A DNA stretch of 51,689 nt from Octopus bimaculoides (taxonomy: Eukaryota). The notes below the pieces were generated by a model that saw nothing but the letters and a program-made list of their open reading frames with translations, did not search any database and was not told the DNA's origin. A program made the position numbers and the translations under genes. The stretch spans positions 26,683,798 to 26,735,486 of the forward strand of contig NC_068987.1 in NCBI RefSeq assembly GCF_001194135.2. Direction: 5' to 3'. Of this stretch, positions 23,259 to 35,300 are shown one piece after another; position 1 is the first letter of the stretch; the number at the start of each line of letters is the position of its first letter.

Positions 23259-23508
23259 AAAGTTGTAGTATATTGTCAACTTAATGTGACAATCCCAATA
23301 AGGGAACACACTACTGCCGTTTAGCCCTAGGAAGCTGGACCGCTTCCTGTCGGCCTTGACACAATTACTGTGTCCTTAAGTTTGCGAGGGGGAGACAAGC
23401 TCCTCCACCCAGCCTAGCCAGCATTCAGGGACATGTTTCTGAGTCTTTGCTCGTCATCAGCCTGAAGTAGCTTGCCAGCCGGATAGAGGAGCCTGTTTCA
23501 CCTTCGCG
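23259..23508 (-). mobile_element. ~250-nt hairpin-rich, hammerhead-bearing element (PLE terminal repeat or retrozyme-like)
   Basis: GC-rich island between (TA)n runs. It contains the hammerhead plus hairpins at 23272-23293, 23329-23348 and 23358-23374. Confidence 0.65.
23424..23466 (-). ncRNA. Type I hammerhead ribozyme
   Basis: Minus strand: ttcagg CTGATGA c gag caaaga ctc a GAAA cat GTC cctgaa. Stem I is a perfect 6 bp, stem II is gag/ctc, stem III is the palindrome ACATGT and the cleavage triplet is GUC. The 10.1-11.1 position is a C-A mismatch. Confidence 0.85.
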
Positions 23509-23737
23509 ATATATATACTTGGTTACTAGCGACTAGAAGTTGTAAGGATACTAATAAGTAAACAAATATGACGTATGTTAATTCTATGCAGTTTTTCCTT
23601 ATGATGCCCTAATTTGTCATGTATATGTATGTATATATACATATGTGTGTGCATGCGAGTTTGTGTGTGTGCGTATGCATATGTGTGTATGTGTGTATAT
23701 ATGTGTGCATATATGTATATGTGTGTTTGTGTATGTA

Positions 23738-23776
<39 letters not shown>

Positions 23777-24495
23777 NNNNNNNNNNNNNNNNNNNNNNNN
23801 NNNNNNNNNNNNNNNNNNNNNNNNNNNNNNNNNNNNNNNNNNNNNNNNNNNNNNNNNNNNNNNNNNNNNNNNNNNNNNNNNNNNNNNNNNNNNNNNNNNN
23901 NNNNNNNNNNNNNNNNNNNNNNNNNNNNNNNNNNNNNNNNNNNNNNNNNNNNNNNNNNNNNNNNNNNNNNNNNNNNNNNNNNNNNNNNNNNNNNNNNNNN
24001 NNNNNNNNNNNNNNNNNNNNNNNNNNNNNNNNNNNNNNNNNNNNNNNNNNNNNNNNNNNNNNNNNNNNNNNNNNNNNNNNNNNNNNNNNNNNNNNNNNNN
24101 NNNNNNNNNNNNNNNNNNNNNNNNNNNNNNNNNNNNNNNNNNNNNNNNNNNNNNNNNNNNNNNNNNNNNNNNNNNNNNNNNNNNNNNNNNNNNNNNNNNN
24201 NNNNNNNNNNNNNNNNNNNNNNNNNNNNNNNNNNNNNNNNNNNNNNNNNNNNNNNNNNNNNNNNNNNNNNNNNNNNNNNNNNNNNNNNNNNNNNNNNNNN
24301 NNNNNNNNNNNNNNNNNNNNNNNNNNNNNNNNNNNNNNNNNNNNNNNNNNNNNNNNNNNNNNNNNNNNNNNNNNNNNNNNNNNNNNNNNNNNNNNNNNNN
24401 NNNNNNNNNNNNNNNNNNNNNNNNNNNNNNNNNNNNNNNNNNNNNNNNNNNNNNNNNNNNNNNNNNNNNNNNNNNNNNNNNNNNNNNNNNNNGAA

Positions 24496-24520
24496 ATGAT
24501 GATGATGGTGGTGGTGGTGG

Positions 24521-24558
<38 letters not shown>

Positions 24559-24571
24559 GTGATGATGATAA

Positions 24572-24618
<47 letters not shown>

Positions 24619-24640
24619 ATAATAATAATAATAATATTAA
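24496..24640. repeat. Compound trinucleotide microsatellite (GAT/GGT/ACT/AAT)
   Basis: Directly visible. Confidence 0.97.
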
Positions 24641-25469
24641 TGTTACTACTAAAGGAACACAGACTGAATTTTTTGCTGAATATTACGATATTATAACTCT
24701 CAGAAAGAAAAAAATCCACTAATGTGTTACATCTCTTCCCCCTTTCTGAATAGTATGTTTCCGTTTACGCTTCATAGCTAATTAAAGGCGGAGATCCTAA
24801 CATTGTATTCCCATTTCTGTTATCGTTTCTTGTTTGATATAATCATATGTAGCTGACGTTTTAATTGTAAACTATGATTATCTTCCCGAATGCTAATATT
24901 TCTAGAGATTAAAAACTATATGTTGACTGAGTTACGCTTTTATTTATTCACAACTCCATTCTTATCTGTTTGTTGTTTTGAGCAAATTAATTCCATTAGT
25001 TCATATATCTAACTTCCTTTTCTATGTACTTATGATCAAAGCTGTATTCGTTTTTTCGTTTTCTTTATTATCCGGATTTTAATTTTTATGAATAATGCCA
25101 TCTTAGAAACATTGGCGATAATTCATAGCTCTCTGCAGTAAAAGAATCAGTTCCACATATTTACTACCTATGTGTAAGTAACCGTCAACACTTGAATGTA
25201 ACTTCTATTTCATGTTTGACGAAATTACATGACACCTCTTATTCGCAATGTTTGATATTCTGGGCTAAATATGATTTTTATTCAAAGAGGCCCAATTGTA
25301 GTTAAAGATCACAATATTAATGACTACCAGTACAATTATTGTAATACTAGATTTTTGAAAATCTTGCTTTTCATACCATTCACCAATGATTACTTCATTC
25401 TAAGAATTTTATTAATTCAGTTTTATTGCTCTCGACATCAGCAAAGTGTATGTTATGTAGCATAATAAT

Positions 25470-25975
25470 TTATTGCCAAAGCTATCTGCCTATAAATTCC
25501 TCCCATTTCTCAACTCATGTACTAATGGCTTCGAACCGGATTGCAATATCGCAAACTGTGTAGATGAAGATCTCTCTGACCCTCATTCTGCCAAAACTAA
25601 CGTGCTCTGAGGTTCCGTTTTATTCCATAAACTTTTCCTGCTACACACCAATAAACTGAATACTTGCAGCACAAATAACACCTTTTCTTGCGCAGATGAT
25701 ACTACCCTTCACATTTGCCTCCCATAACTTTATCCTTACGCACCATGACATCTCACTTCAAATCTGCACTAATACTATGATCTGAGATCCGAAGAAACAT
25801 CTTTCAAGGAAGCCGTTCCATTCTTGTCAACAGTAAAACGATACAATCATTTCGACTGTAAAGAAAACATTATCGAACCTCACCTTTCCACCTAAACATG
25901 GGTTGTAACTAGAAACTTCACGATCGCATCAAATATTAGAATTCACCACCACTAAAGCTCTCTTCTCCAGATCGT
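25470..25975 (+). mobile_element. Decayed CR1/L2-like LINE, RT region
   Basis: GSVL..LFLLHTNKL..FSCADDTTLH (RT motifs B' and C, ADD near 25693-25701), with many indels. Confidence 0.7.
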
Positions 25976-26019
25976 ACATCATTAACATAACAAAGACTGC
26001 ATGAACAAGATTGTGAACA

Positions 26020-26432
26020 GGTGCAGGCTTGGCTGTGTGTTAAGGAGCTTGCTTTCCAACCACATGATTCTGAGTTCATTCACACTGCGTGGCACCTTGG
26101 CCAAGTATCTTCTATTTATACTCAGGCCGATCAAAGCCTTTGAGAAGATTTGGTAGAAAGAAACTAAAAGAAGCCCGTCGTACATTATGTATGTATGTAT
26201 GTATGTATGTATATGTGTGTGTCTTTGTGTCTCTGTGTGACTCCCATAACCGCTTGCCAACCGGTGTTGGCGTGTTTCTGCGCCCATGATCTCGCGGTTG
26301 GGCAAAATAGATCGATAGAATAAGTAGTAGGCTTAACAAATAAGTCCTGGGGTTGATTTGTTCGACGAAAATTCAATTCTTCAATGCGATGATCCAGCAT
26401 AGCCAAAGTCAAATGACTGAAACAAGTAAAGG
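26020..26432 (+). mobile_element. Full-length SINE type A nested in the CR1-like LINE
   Basis: tRNA-like head, internal (ATGT)n, and 3' half ending aaatgactgaaacaagtaaa. It aligns with the reverse complement of 39865-40230. Confidence 0.92.
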
Positions 26433-26449
26433 AAAGACAGAGTAAAATA

Positions 26450-26830
26450 ATTCTTCTAAAAACTTAAAAATGCATCAGCAACTTCTTCAATTAATATTTG
26501 TCGCTCACATGAACCACAGTAGAGAAGACACAACTGGAAAGTACATATTTGGGCATAATAAACCACGTCCAAAAATAAAGGTAGACTGCTTACCTAACCG
26601 TCGTTTAACAATGCACTCCAAATTTAACCTACTGTCATACTGACTCCCCTCTCCACCATATTTTTGTTTTATTTCGTTACTATAGTGGTTCTGTTTTGCG
26701 ATCTGGGTGGTTTCTTCCCGGTTGAATCATTTTCCCTACTTCTTGTTGCCCGTTTATGCGCGTTAGCCAGATCCAGTCCTTCCTTCTCAGAGGAGCCACC
26801 ACCTCTGTATATCTTATTATGCAACCACTA
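26450..26830 (+). mobile_element. Continuation of the CR1-like LINE (3' end of ORF2)
   Basis: ..FYFVTIVV/FRYYSG..ARVSQIQSF resembles the C-terminus of CR1-type ORF2 (from recall). Confidence 0.55.
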
Positions 26831-28210
26831 ATTTACATCTGCACCTATACCATCGAACCTCGAGGGATTGTAATGTTGTTGAATTGCAATGATTTAGATA
26901 TAAAGATGTTTTTGTAAATATACTGTAGAAATATTAGACAAGTTTATTTTTTACTTCTTGCATGGGAGGATTATTTAAACATTTGGATTCGTTTGAATGT
27001 CACTACGCTTTGTAAGTTAGCCAATGAGTAATTTCCTTTCCAAATTCGTTGTGCACAAAAGATGCGAGATTAGTGAAGTGTTCTTGAGTTTGAACAAAAT
27101 CTCTCAGCATGGTCATGTATTATACTAGTGGGTTATACCACTTTTTAACAACTTCATCGAGCCAGATAAGCTAAAGCATTTGATGTTAAATATATAAATA
27201 TACATCGTTGACACTCCACAAAACCGATTGTCCTGTGTTCTAGATTCAAGGACAGAGAGATCTATTAACAGTAGATTAACTATGTTTAATTCAGAGGATG
27301 GAATATAGAGTTATTTTTTACTGTCACAATAACCTAGTAAAATATGGTGTTAACACGTCAACTAAAATTTTAGATGTTTGTGTCGTGTGCGTCACTGTTT
27401 AAGTGAAAATTCTTACCTGGTATATTTACAATTTAACTGGAATCAGATGAAGAATAGGGTCAGAAAATCGAGTCAGTCTCCATAGGATGAATGAGATAAT
27501 CACCATCACTTAAAATTAATTTGCTATTGTTTCGTGAGTACTTGTAAGTATTATACTACGTCACTGAGAAGTTAAAGCAATACAAAACGTCTGTTCTGTT
27601 CCTGTACTGCAAAGGTCAGACTCGCGCCTCATTACCTTGCTCAGTAATTCTTTTCCTTTCCGTAGGATTAATTTTGATACATTACATTTCTCGATTCACC
27701 ACACTGTGTTAACGACAATACCGTTTCATTTTATATACAATGTGTTTTCTTCTCCATTCAAAACATATTTTACGAACATAAAAGTCGCTTCATGAGTTTT
27801 GTATGTATTATTATGAGACCTCTAACATATCATTGGCATTCATAATAATTAAATACTACCTTTTATTCTATAAAGCTATGTCCTAGCAATCAGAAAGGAA
27901 CAACCGATACTACATGAAAAATATGCACGGAATTCGAGTTACCTTTCATGTTAAATGAAGTCATTACGTGGGCTAAAACGTAGTTTGTGTATTGAAAAAC
28001 AACGCAAACAAAACAGCGTAGAAGATTTAGAACAATAAAAAATATGTAATCTTCTGAAGCTGTGTAAAATAAACAAGTTATCAATTGATGTTTTATTGAC
28101 AGTTATTGCTCAGTGGCCACAAAAATTAATAATAGAATTTGCGGGACTTTAAATAAATTTAAATCTCTTACAAAAAAATCAATTATTGAATATTTTTTCA
28201 AAATCACATA

Positions 28211-30085
28211 TTAACCCTTGGTCTACCAGAGAAAATGCATGTCACTAATTACAAACTAGGTCTGATGGACCCAATTTTTTTTAACTTTCAATTAAATTTT
28301 ATTCAAACTACCACTATTTTTTAGCTACATTGTATATGCTATCAGGTGAATGAAGAATTACTATTTCTCACAAATTTTACTAAAAAAATGCAGCTTACAG
28401 AATATATTATAACTTTTAAAAATTACAAAATTTCAGAAATACAACTCTTAATGGCAGTGAATGCAGACAACATTGGAATGTTCTTGGCAAACATGGATAT
28501 TACAATTCTTACATGTTTTCTTACGAGTTTTCCTGTCTTTTTTTGGGCCATACAAAGAACATCTTCATTTTTCTTTGGCTGAGGAATTTCAAATGAGGTT
28601 GAAGATCGTCTTCTTTTATTTGGTTGAGAAATGTTAACGGAACTAGAAGATTGCTTGTCATGTTCTTTCTTAGCATTAACTCCAGCAAGTTCCTTTCCTA
28701 ACTGAATTAAGCAGTCTTCTTTTATCCTTGAAAGTTTGCAAGTGAAGCTTTTAGCAACAATGAAAGCATTCACTGCATTTATATCAATCATGCTGTAGAA
28801 TATAACCATAGGTCCATCTTCGAGTTATTCGTTTGCAAGTGTATGTCCATACAATCATATCTAGGGTATTTACTCCCCCTTTTATTTTGTTGTAACATGT
28901 AATGAATTCGGGTTTCTTTTCAATACTTCTTGAATCAACTGAAGGCATTGTACTCATAAGTGTGACTACATAATTTTTCTTGGGACAATGAGGTAGGATC
29001 AGAGAATCCTTTTGAAATCCAAATATTGTGCAGTTGATTTCTGTTTGTTTTCCATTTTTGAAAGCACTTGGAAGTTCAACTCTGTTCTTTCTAATTGTTC
29101 CAACTAGTTTTCCTGCTAAGCAGCTTTCGAGCCAATCCTAGACTTGTAAAAAAAGTATCACAAGTTATATTGCGATCAGTATTTTCAAGTTCTTTTTCTA
29201 GGTCTTCAACAACTCTTGAACCTTGATTTGTCTCTCTCCCTTTTACTGGATCTTTTCCAGTGTAGATTTGTATTTTCCAGGCATAAGATGTTTCACTGCT
29301 GTATATTGCCCAAATTTTACTTCCATATTTTCCTGGTTTTGGAGGAATATATACCCGGAATGGACAGCGCCTGCTGAATGAAACTAATTGTTTATCAATT
29401 GTCATGCTTGACCTTGGAACATATCCTTCTTGCAAATTCTGATTCCACATTTGAAATACTTCTCTTATGGGCTCCAATTTATCATCACTTCTCTTCTTTC
29501 TTCTTGCACTAGCATCATCAAACACAATGCTAGTAAAATCTGTTGAAATCTTCTCCGGCTCATAATTTTTTTGAATATTGGGTGGCCATAACTTTGTGAC
29601 ATTTTCATGTTTAGATTTATAAACACCTATACGAATAATGAATCCAATAAAATTCTTGAGTTCAGAGTGATCAATTTCCTTCAATTTATTTTTGTAAACA
29701 ACCTGACCTTCAACATTTGTCCATTTGCGAATTACTTCAAGAAGATTCCGGCACATAAAGATAGTAAAGCATGTTTCAATGCTATCACAAGACATTTTTG
29801 CAAAACCGAATGTTGTCGCACAATGATGGAAGATGGAGTTACTGCTGCTTGAGTAAGAGGAATAGAATGCCAAACTTCTTGTCTGTCTCTAGAAACATAG
29901 TGCTCATTCATAAATGGGTTGCTTGCAGATAATTTTTTTTGAGTATCCTCATCATCTGATGACACAGAACCTAAACCGTCCAGCGCACAGTCACTTTCAC
30001 TAACATCTTCAGAGCAATAGAAGGAATCACTACTATCTTCTTCCCATTCTTCATTTAATTCCAATAACCTTCACTCAAGTTTTCA
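28211..30085 (-). mobile_element. piggyBac (PGBD4-like) transposon, frameshifted, 5' end lost
   Basis: TTAA|CCCTT terminus at 28211-28219; acidic N-terminus; DKQLVSFSRRCPFRVYIPPKPGKYG; TCDTFFTSLGLA; YNKIKGGVNTLD; IFYSMIDINAVNAF; frameshifted Cys-rich C-terminus (CKNCNIHVCQEHSNVVCIHC). Confidence 0.93.
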
Positions 30086-30094
30086 CGTATAGGG

Positions 30095-30590
30095 ATATTG
30101 GAAAGCACAACTGAACTATGTGAAACCTCCACTGTCTACTATGCCGGAAGTATGGATACGAGGTAAAGGGCGTTTGGAACCAACATACAGCGGAAAAGGT
30201 AATGGACAAAAACGATGAGTTAAAGATCTATGACTTTGACATCCAGACAGGCAAGTGCTAGAGCAGCGAAGGCCAGATATAGTAAACCTTTAAGAAGGGC
30301 AAACAAGGGTGCCTAATAATTAATGTGGCAGTGCCAGGAGAAAAACATATTATCATGAAAGAAAACAAAAGGTTGATAAATATGGAGACCTGAGAATTGA
30401 GGTCACCAAGATGTGACAGCTGCAAGAGTCAAACATAAAGGTGGTTCCTGTTGTTATCAGAACATTGAGTTGAATATCACCCAGTCTGAAGAAACACCTG
30501 GAAACTTTAGAATGCCCTACAATTTTGGTGTATTGCAAAAATCAGCTTTACTTGGAACTGGATGCATACTTACTTAATATACTGTCTAAC
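30095..30590 (+). mobile_element. R4/Dong-type LINE, REL endonuclease 3' fragment
   Basis: NLHCLLCRKYG..KIYDFDIQT..RRPDIV..VAVPGE..DKYGDLRIEV..VVPVVI..LQKSALLGT. Confidence 0.88.
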
Positions 30591-30604
30591 TGAGTCCCTG
30601 TAAA

Positions 30605-30865
30605 AATTACTACAAACAGTACATGGATTTACCAAAGAAATAAACATGAAATTTGGCTTACAAGAATGTGCCAAAGCAACCTTGAAAAGAGGAAAACTAT
30701 TTGAGTAGCAAAATCACACGAGATAAAGCAAATTAAATATGAGAATTAGACCAAAACCAGACATACAAATATTTAGGAATCAATGAACTAGATACGATAC
30801 AACACACGAATGAAAGAGAAGATAAGAAAAGAACACTAGAGACAAATTAGATAATTAAGGCTACT
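30605..30865 (+). mobile_element. R4/Dong-type LINE, internal RT fragment
   Basis: LLQTVHGFTKEINMKFGLQECAKATLKRGK..TYKYLGINE..MKEKIRKE. Confidence 0.85.
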
Positions 30866-30909
30866 ATATATATATAACCCACACTCCACCCATGCCTTCC
30901 CCACCTCCC

Positions 30910-31028
30910 AACACCCTCACATCACACCACACCAATACCCTCGCATCACACCACGCACACCACACCAATACCCCCGCATCACACCACGCACACCACACCA
31001 ATACCCTCGCATCACACCACGCACACAC
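30910..31028. repeat. 33-bp minisatellite, about 3.5 copies
   Basis: cacaccaataccc(t/c)cgcatcacaccacgcacac repeated. Confidence 0.95.
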
Positions 31029-32289
31029 TACAACTGACCAACTACTAACTCCCTTTCTCCCTTTCTCCCTTTCTCCCTTCCCCATTTTCACACTACATAC
31101 NNNNNNNNNNNNNNNNNNNNNNNNNNNNNNNNNNNNNNNNNNNNNNNNNNNNNNNNNNNNNNNNNNNNNNNNNNNNNNNNNNNNNNNNNNNNNNNNNNNN
31201 NNNNNNNNNNNNNNNNNNNNNNNNNNNNNNNNNNNNNNNNNNNNNNNNNNNNNNNNNNNNNNNNNNNNNNNNNNNNNNNNNNNNNNNNNNNNNNNNNNNN
31301 NNNNNNNNNNNNNNNNNNNNNNNNNNNNNNNNNNNNNNNNNNNNNNNNNNNNNNNNNNNNNNNNNNNNNNNNNNNNNNNNNNNNNNNNNNNNNNNNNNNN
31401 NNNNNNNNNNNNNNNNNNNNNNNNNNNNNNNNNNNNNNNNNNNNNNNNNNNNNNNNNNNNNNNNNNNNNNNNNNNNNNNNNNNNNNNNNNNNNNNNNNNN
31501 NNNNNNNNNNNNNNNNNNNNNNNNNNNNNNNNNNNNNNNNNNNNNNNNTATATATATATATATATATATATATGATTTATCCATATCTTTCCTGTCGTTC
31601 AGCAACACTATTCATCATCTGAATTGGCAATGCTGATGTTATTTATCCGACTCTTTACTATCTAGCAAGTTCACACCATTTTAGTTATCTGACTTCCAAT
31701 TTACCTGTAGTTAAGGAACGCATTTCCTCACCTATATCCTGGGCCTATGAAAGCACCTACCCACCCTTCTACCACATTTATTTTTATACTCTCTCACAGC
31801 CAAGCTCACACTCTCACATACAATCTGTCTTCCAATCATTTCTCATCCCCTTTTTCTTTTTTTGTCTTCTTTCGTTTTCATTACATGTGCCCCCGTATTT
31901 TATTCATTCAAATAAGTGAAACTAGCCCTTTGACCACCACCATAATTAATGTCATGAAATTGAATCATAAATGTCGGACTGTCGGGGACTGAGCCGCGAA
32001 CGCCACATAGCTCGTCTGTGCGGAGAGAGTTTTTCTTACTGCTTGGTCACCCTGCAGGAGAAAAAATGCAGATAAACTTGGAGGGTTCAATCACAATCCA
32101 AATAAAATTTCTGTACTGCCGATGGAGGCAATACTACTCAGGATAGCACTTATAATAATAATAAAGAATATCTCCAAAACAATAACGGCGGAGAAGGTCT
32201 TCATAGGGATAAATCTACACTGAAGCAGGATGCCCTTTTAAAATTATTTTGCAACCTGCTAAATATAATTTCTCGTTAAAAACAAAGCA

Positions 32290-32505
32290 GATTATCTCAT
32301 CTCACTATCACGCCCTTCTTGAGGAATGTAATGCCAAATAAAAATCATAAACTGCGAGTGAAGGTCTCTCGTATGGCAAGGGCTCCACTGCACAGCAAAG
32401 GAGGACCTTGTCAAAAGCCATGAGAGCCATTGCCTGGTACTGCATCAGGAAATTTATTATTATTGTTGTTGTTGCTGTTGTGTTATTGTTATTGTTGTTG
32501 TTTCG
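32290..32505 (-). repeat. Unclassified interspersed-repeat-like segment next to a (TAA/CAA)n run
   Basis: GC-richer block directly abutting a trinucleotide run; family not established. Confidence 0.35.
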
Positions 32506-32589
32506 ATTAATCGGCGATATTTCAGAGTCGTTAGCATGACCCACATTTTTTCCGGCGCTTTTTACGTTCTAAATTAAATTTCTATCTGT

Positions 32590-32680
32590 CATCCTTTCGG
32601 GGTCGATGAAATAAAGTACTAGTCAATCGTCTTCCTCTCCCATCAAGATTGCAAGACTTTGCCCCAGTTAAAACGAATTG
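32590..32680 (+). mobile_element. SINE type B 3' fragment
   Basis: tcatcctttcggggtcgatgaaataaagtac matches 15520-15550. Confidence 0.7.
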
Positions 32681-33582
32681 TAATTACACATTTAAATTGT
32701 TCCTTATTAATGATTTTCTTTATCATAAAATACACATATTTTAATTATAATGCTTTTGTATTAACTTATTTCCCACTTGATTTAATTTTTATTTATTGTA
32801 TTTCTTTTCCGTTTTTATAGCCGTCTCTGTATCGAACTTAATGCAGATAAATCGCGCAAAGGAAAATTAACTCTGGTATTCGTATGGAGATGTGTTATGG
32901 ACGTAGTGTATTTAAAAACACACATATACCTCTAACAAAGCGAAATTGTCCAGCAGCGATGATGAGAATGCTAGATACTTTTTTTCTTTTTTGTTGGGCT
33001 TTGTCAGAAGCATATATTCATTGTCAAGCACTTGCAAAGAAAAATTCGTTACTATCTAAAATGTTAAAGAGTGATTGAAGAATTACTAGTGTTGCAATTA
33101 AACATCCGCTTGAAAAAAGATTAGTTTTGAGTAACAGAAGCAATATAAGCAATATAGGACGTTTGCAGTCACCGTGGATTTCATTTACTTGGGAAAAGTA
33201 TCATTTTGTGGCAGCATTCAGTTGGGACTTAGGTAATTTTAAAATGGAAACGTGCCAAAAGAAACGGAAGAGAAGCTAATTTTTAAACAGAAATGAGCTC
33301 AAATATGACGACGCTCTGGAAAATGGCGTTCTTCTGTGGATTCAAACTGTTTTCCTACCCCCCCCCCCCAAAAAAAAAGAGAACAAATTTAAGAATTTGA
33401 TGTTTCCGATAGTCGCTCGAACTTTGGAAGTGTGCTCACTGATGGATAGCATTTCGTTAACCAATCAAAGTATTGCAACCNNNNNNNNNNTATTAATATA
33501 AATAAATTTTCTTATGCACACACACACACGCACACAAGCGCAAACACACACGTACACAAAACCACGCAAACATACACGTGAC

Positions 33583-33623
<41 letters not shown>

Positions 33624-35011
33624 ATGTATGCATGTATGTATGTATAAAACATGTATATTTATATTTATAGCTAGAAGGAATGCCGAATATTATATAATTT
33701 ATCTATTATTAATTCTGAAAAGATTTAAAATTTCTGACATGCAGATATAATTCCAATCCAACACTAATTATGTGGAAACTTTAGTTCACGTATATTTGTG
33801 TGTACATATGTGTGTGGCGTGCGTGTGTGTGCATGTATGCGTATGTGTGTATGCGCGCGTTGGTACATGCGTGCGTACGCGCGTATGTAAGTTTGTAAAG
33901 ATAGTGCAACATGGACTGTCGTATAGTAAACGAAAGTTATCGATTCTTAAAAAGAAAATACGTGAAAACAATGAAATGATTACGGGATAATTTTCTAGGT
34001 ATTCTTTATGCTGAAGTTTTATTTCAATTTAATGTGATAACTTCCATTTTATTCGTTAATTAAATTTGAGATGGTTCCAAATTTTGCTCGAAATAATTTT
34101 ATTAAAACCAACTTTTCACTCAGCGATATAATTTTATTGCATACAGCTAGATATTTTTGATATAGCAGAGTGAATTTGAGCACGAACACACATAAGCAGG
34201 AACAAGTATACACACGCAAAAAACACACAGACGCACATTTGATTCCTGGTACTAATTTCTTACACGTTCAGGTACTATACATCGTCTAGAAGTCGGAAGT
34301 TTAAATTTATTCTGTAATTTGACAACATAAATGATATTAAGTATGACAATAAATAGGACAATTTCATAGTATTAAATTAATTTAGTAAAATGACTGAAGT
34401 AATTATGTATTGTGTAATGTAGAATTTGTTGTAGATACATCACTCCCCAAACAAAGATTCAAACAAAACAAAGCATGAACAATATAGATAGTATCATATT
34501 TTGGAAGAATCATACCTAAGAATATAGATACCCTTACCATTATTGTTTATGTATATTTTGTCACCTTTCCGTTTTTATATCCGTATTTCGCAAACTCTCC
34601 ATGACCCTTTCATTGGGTGTAGATTTTGCAAAGGAAGATATTAGTGAATTGGTGGTCATTGCAGAAAGAACGAGAAATTTACTTTACGTTATTTGTCGTC
34701 TATTCTCGGAGAGCAACCATATTTAACTTGATCCTTAAAGATTGCAGAATTGTTCACAGTACGTTATACGAGCTCGTCATGTTACTTATAGTAGCACATA
34801 TTTAAATCCTATATTTATTAAATGATATACAGTAAATGTTTGTTGACCCTACCAATAAACAAATAAAACAAGATACACATACAAAGAGACACACATATAT
34901 ACATACGTTCATATATATATACACACATAAACACGCATATTTATGTATATATATGCATGCATATATACATATACACACACGCATATACATATCTTCTAAT
35001 CAATCTATTTG

Positions 35012-35054
<43 letters not shown>

Positions 35055-35077
35055 CACATACACACGCCCATAGAATG

Positions 35078-35165
35078 AGTACCAGTCTTAAAAAATAAAG
35101 ACGATTCATTTGGCTAAAAAATTCTTCAAGACCGTGTCCCGCAGTGTAATTGATCCAAAGATAAA
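35078..35165 (+). mobile_element. SINE type A 3' fragment
   Basis: gtaccagtcttaaaaaataa..gattcatttggctaaaaaattcttcaag..gcagtgtaat..gataaaa resembles the type A tail. Confidence 0.55.
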
Positions 35166-35210
35166 AAAAAAAAACATTTATGCACATACGCTCATTGGCC
35201 ATCTTGCAAA

Positions 35211-35300
35211 AATTACAATAGTAGGGTAAGTGTACATAGTAGCTGCAAATTACAATAGTAGGATAGGTGTACATCGTAGCTATAAATTACAAAAGTGGTA
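35211..35300. repeat. 37-bp tandem repeat, about 2.4 copies
   Basis: aattacaatagtagg(g/a)ta(a/g)gtgtacat(a/c)gtagct at 35211 and 35248, with a partial copy at 35285. Confidence 0.9.

Noticed and set aside
23614-24722. Long ORFs in the track here and at 9249-9840, 30892-31608, 38562-39562, 42384-43114, 47497-48114 and 50017-50684
   Set aside because: Made of N runs and microsatellites.
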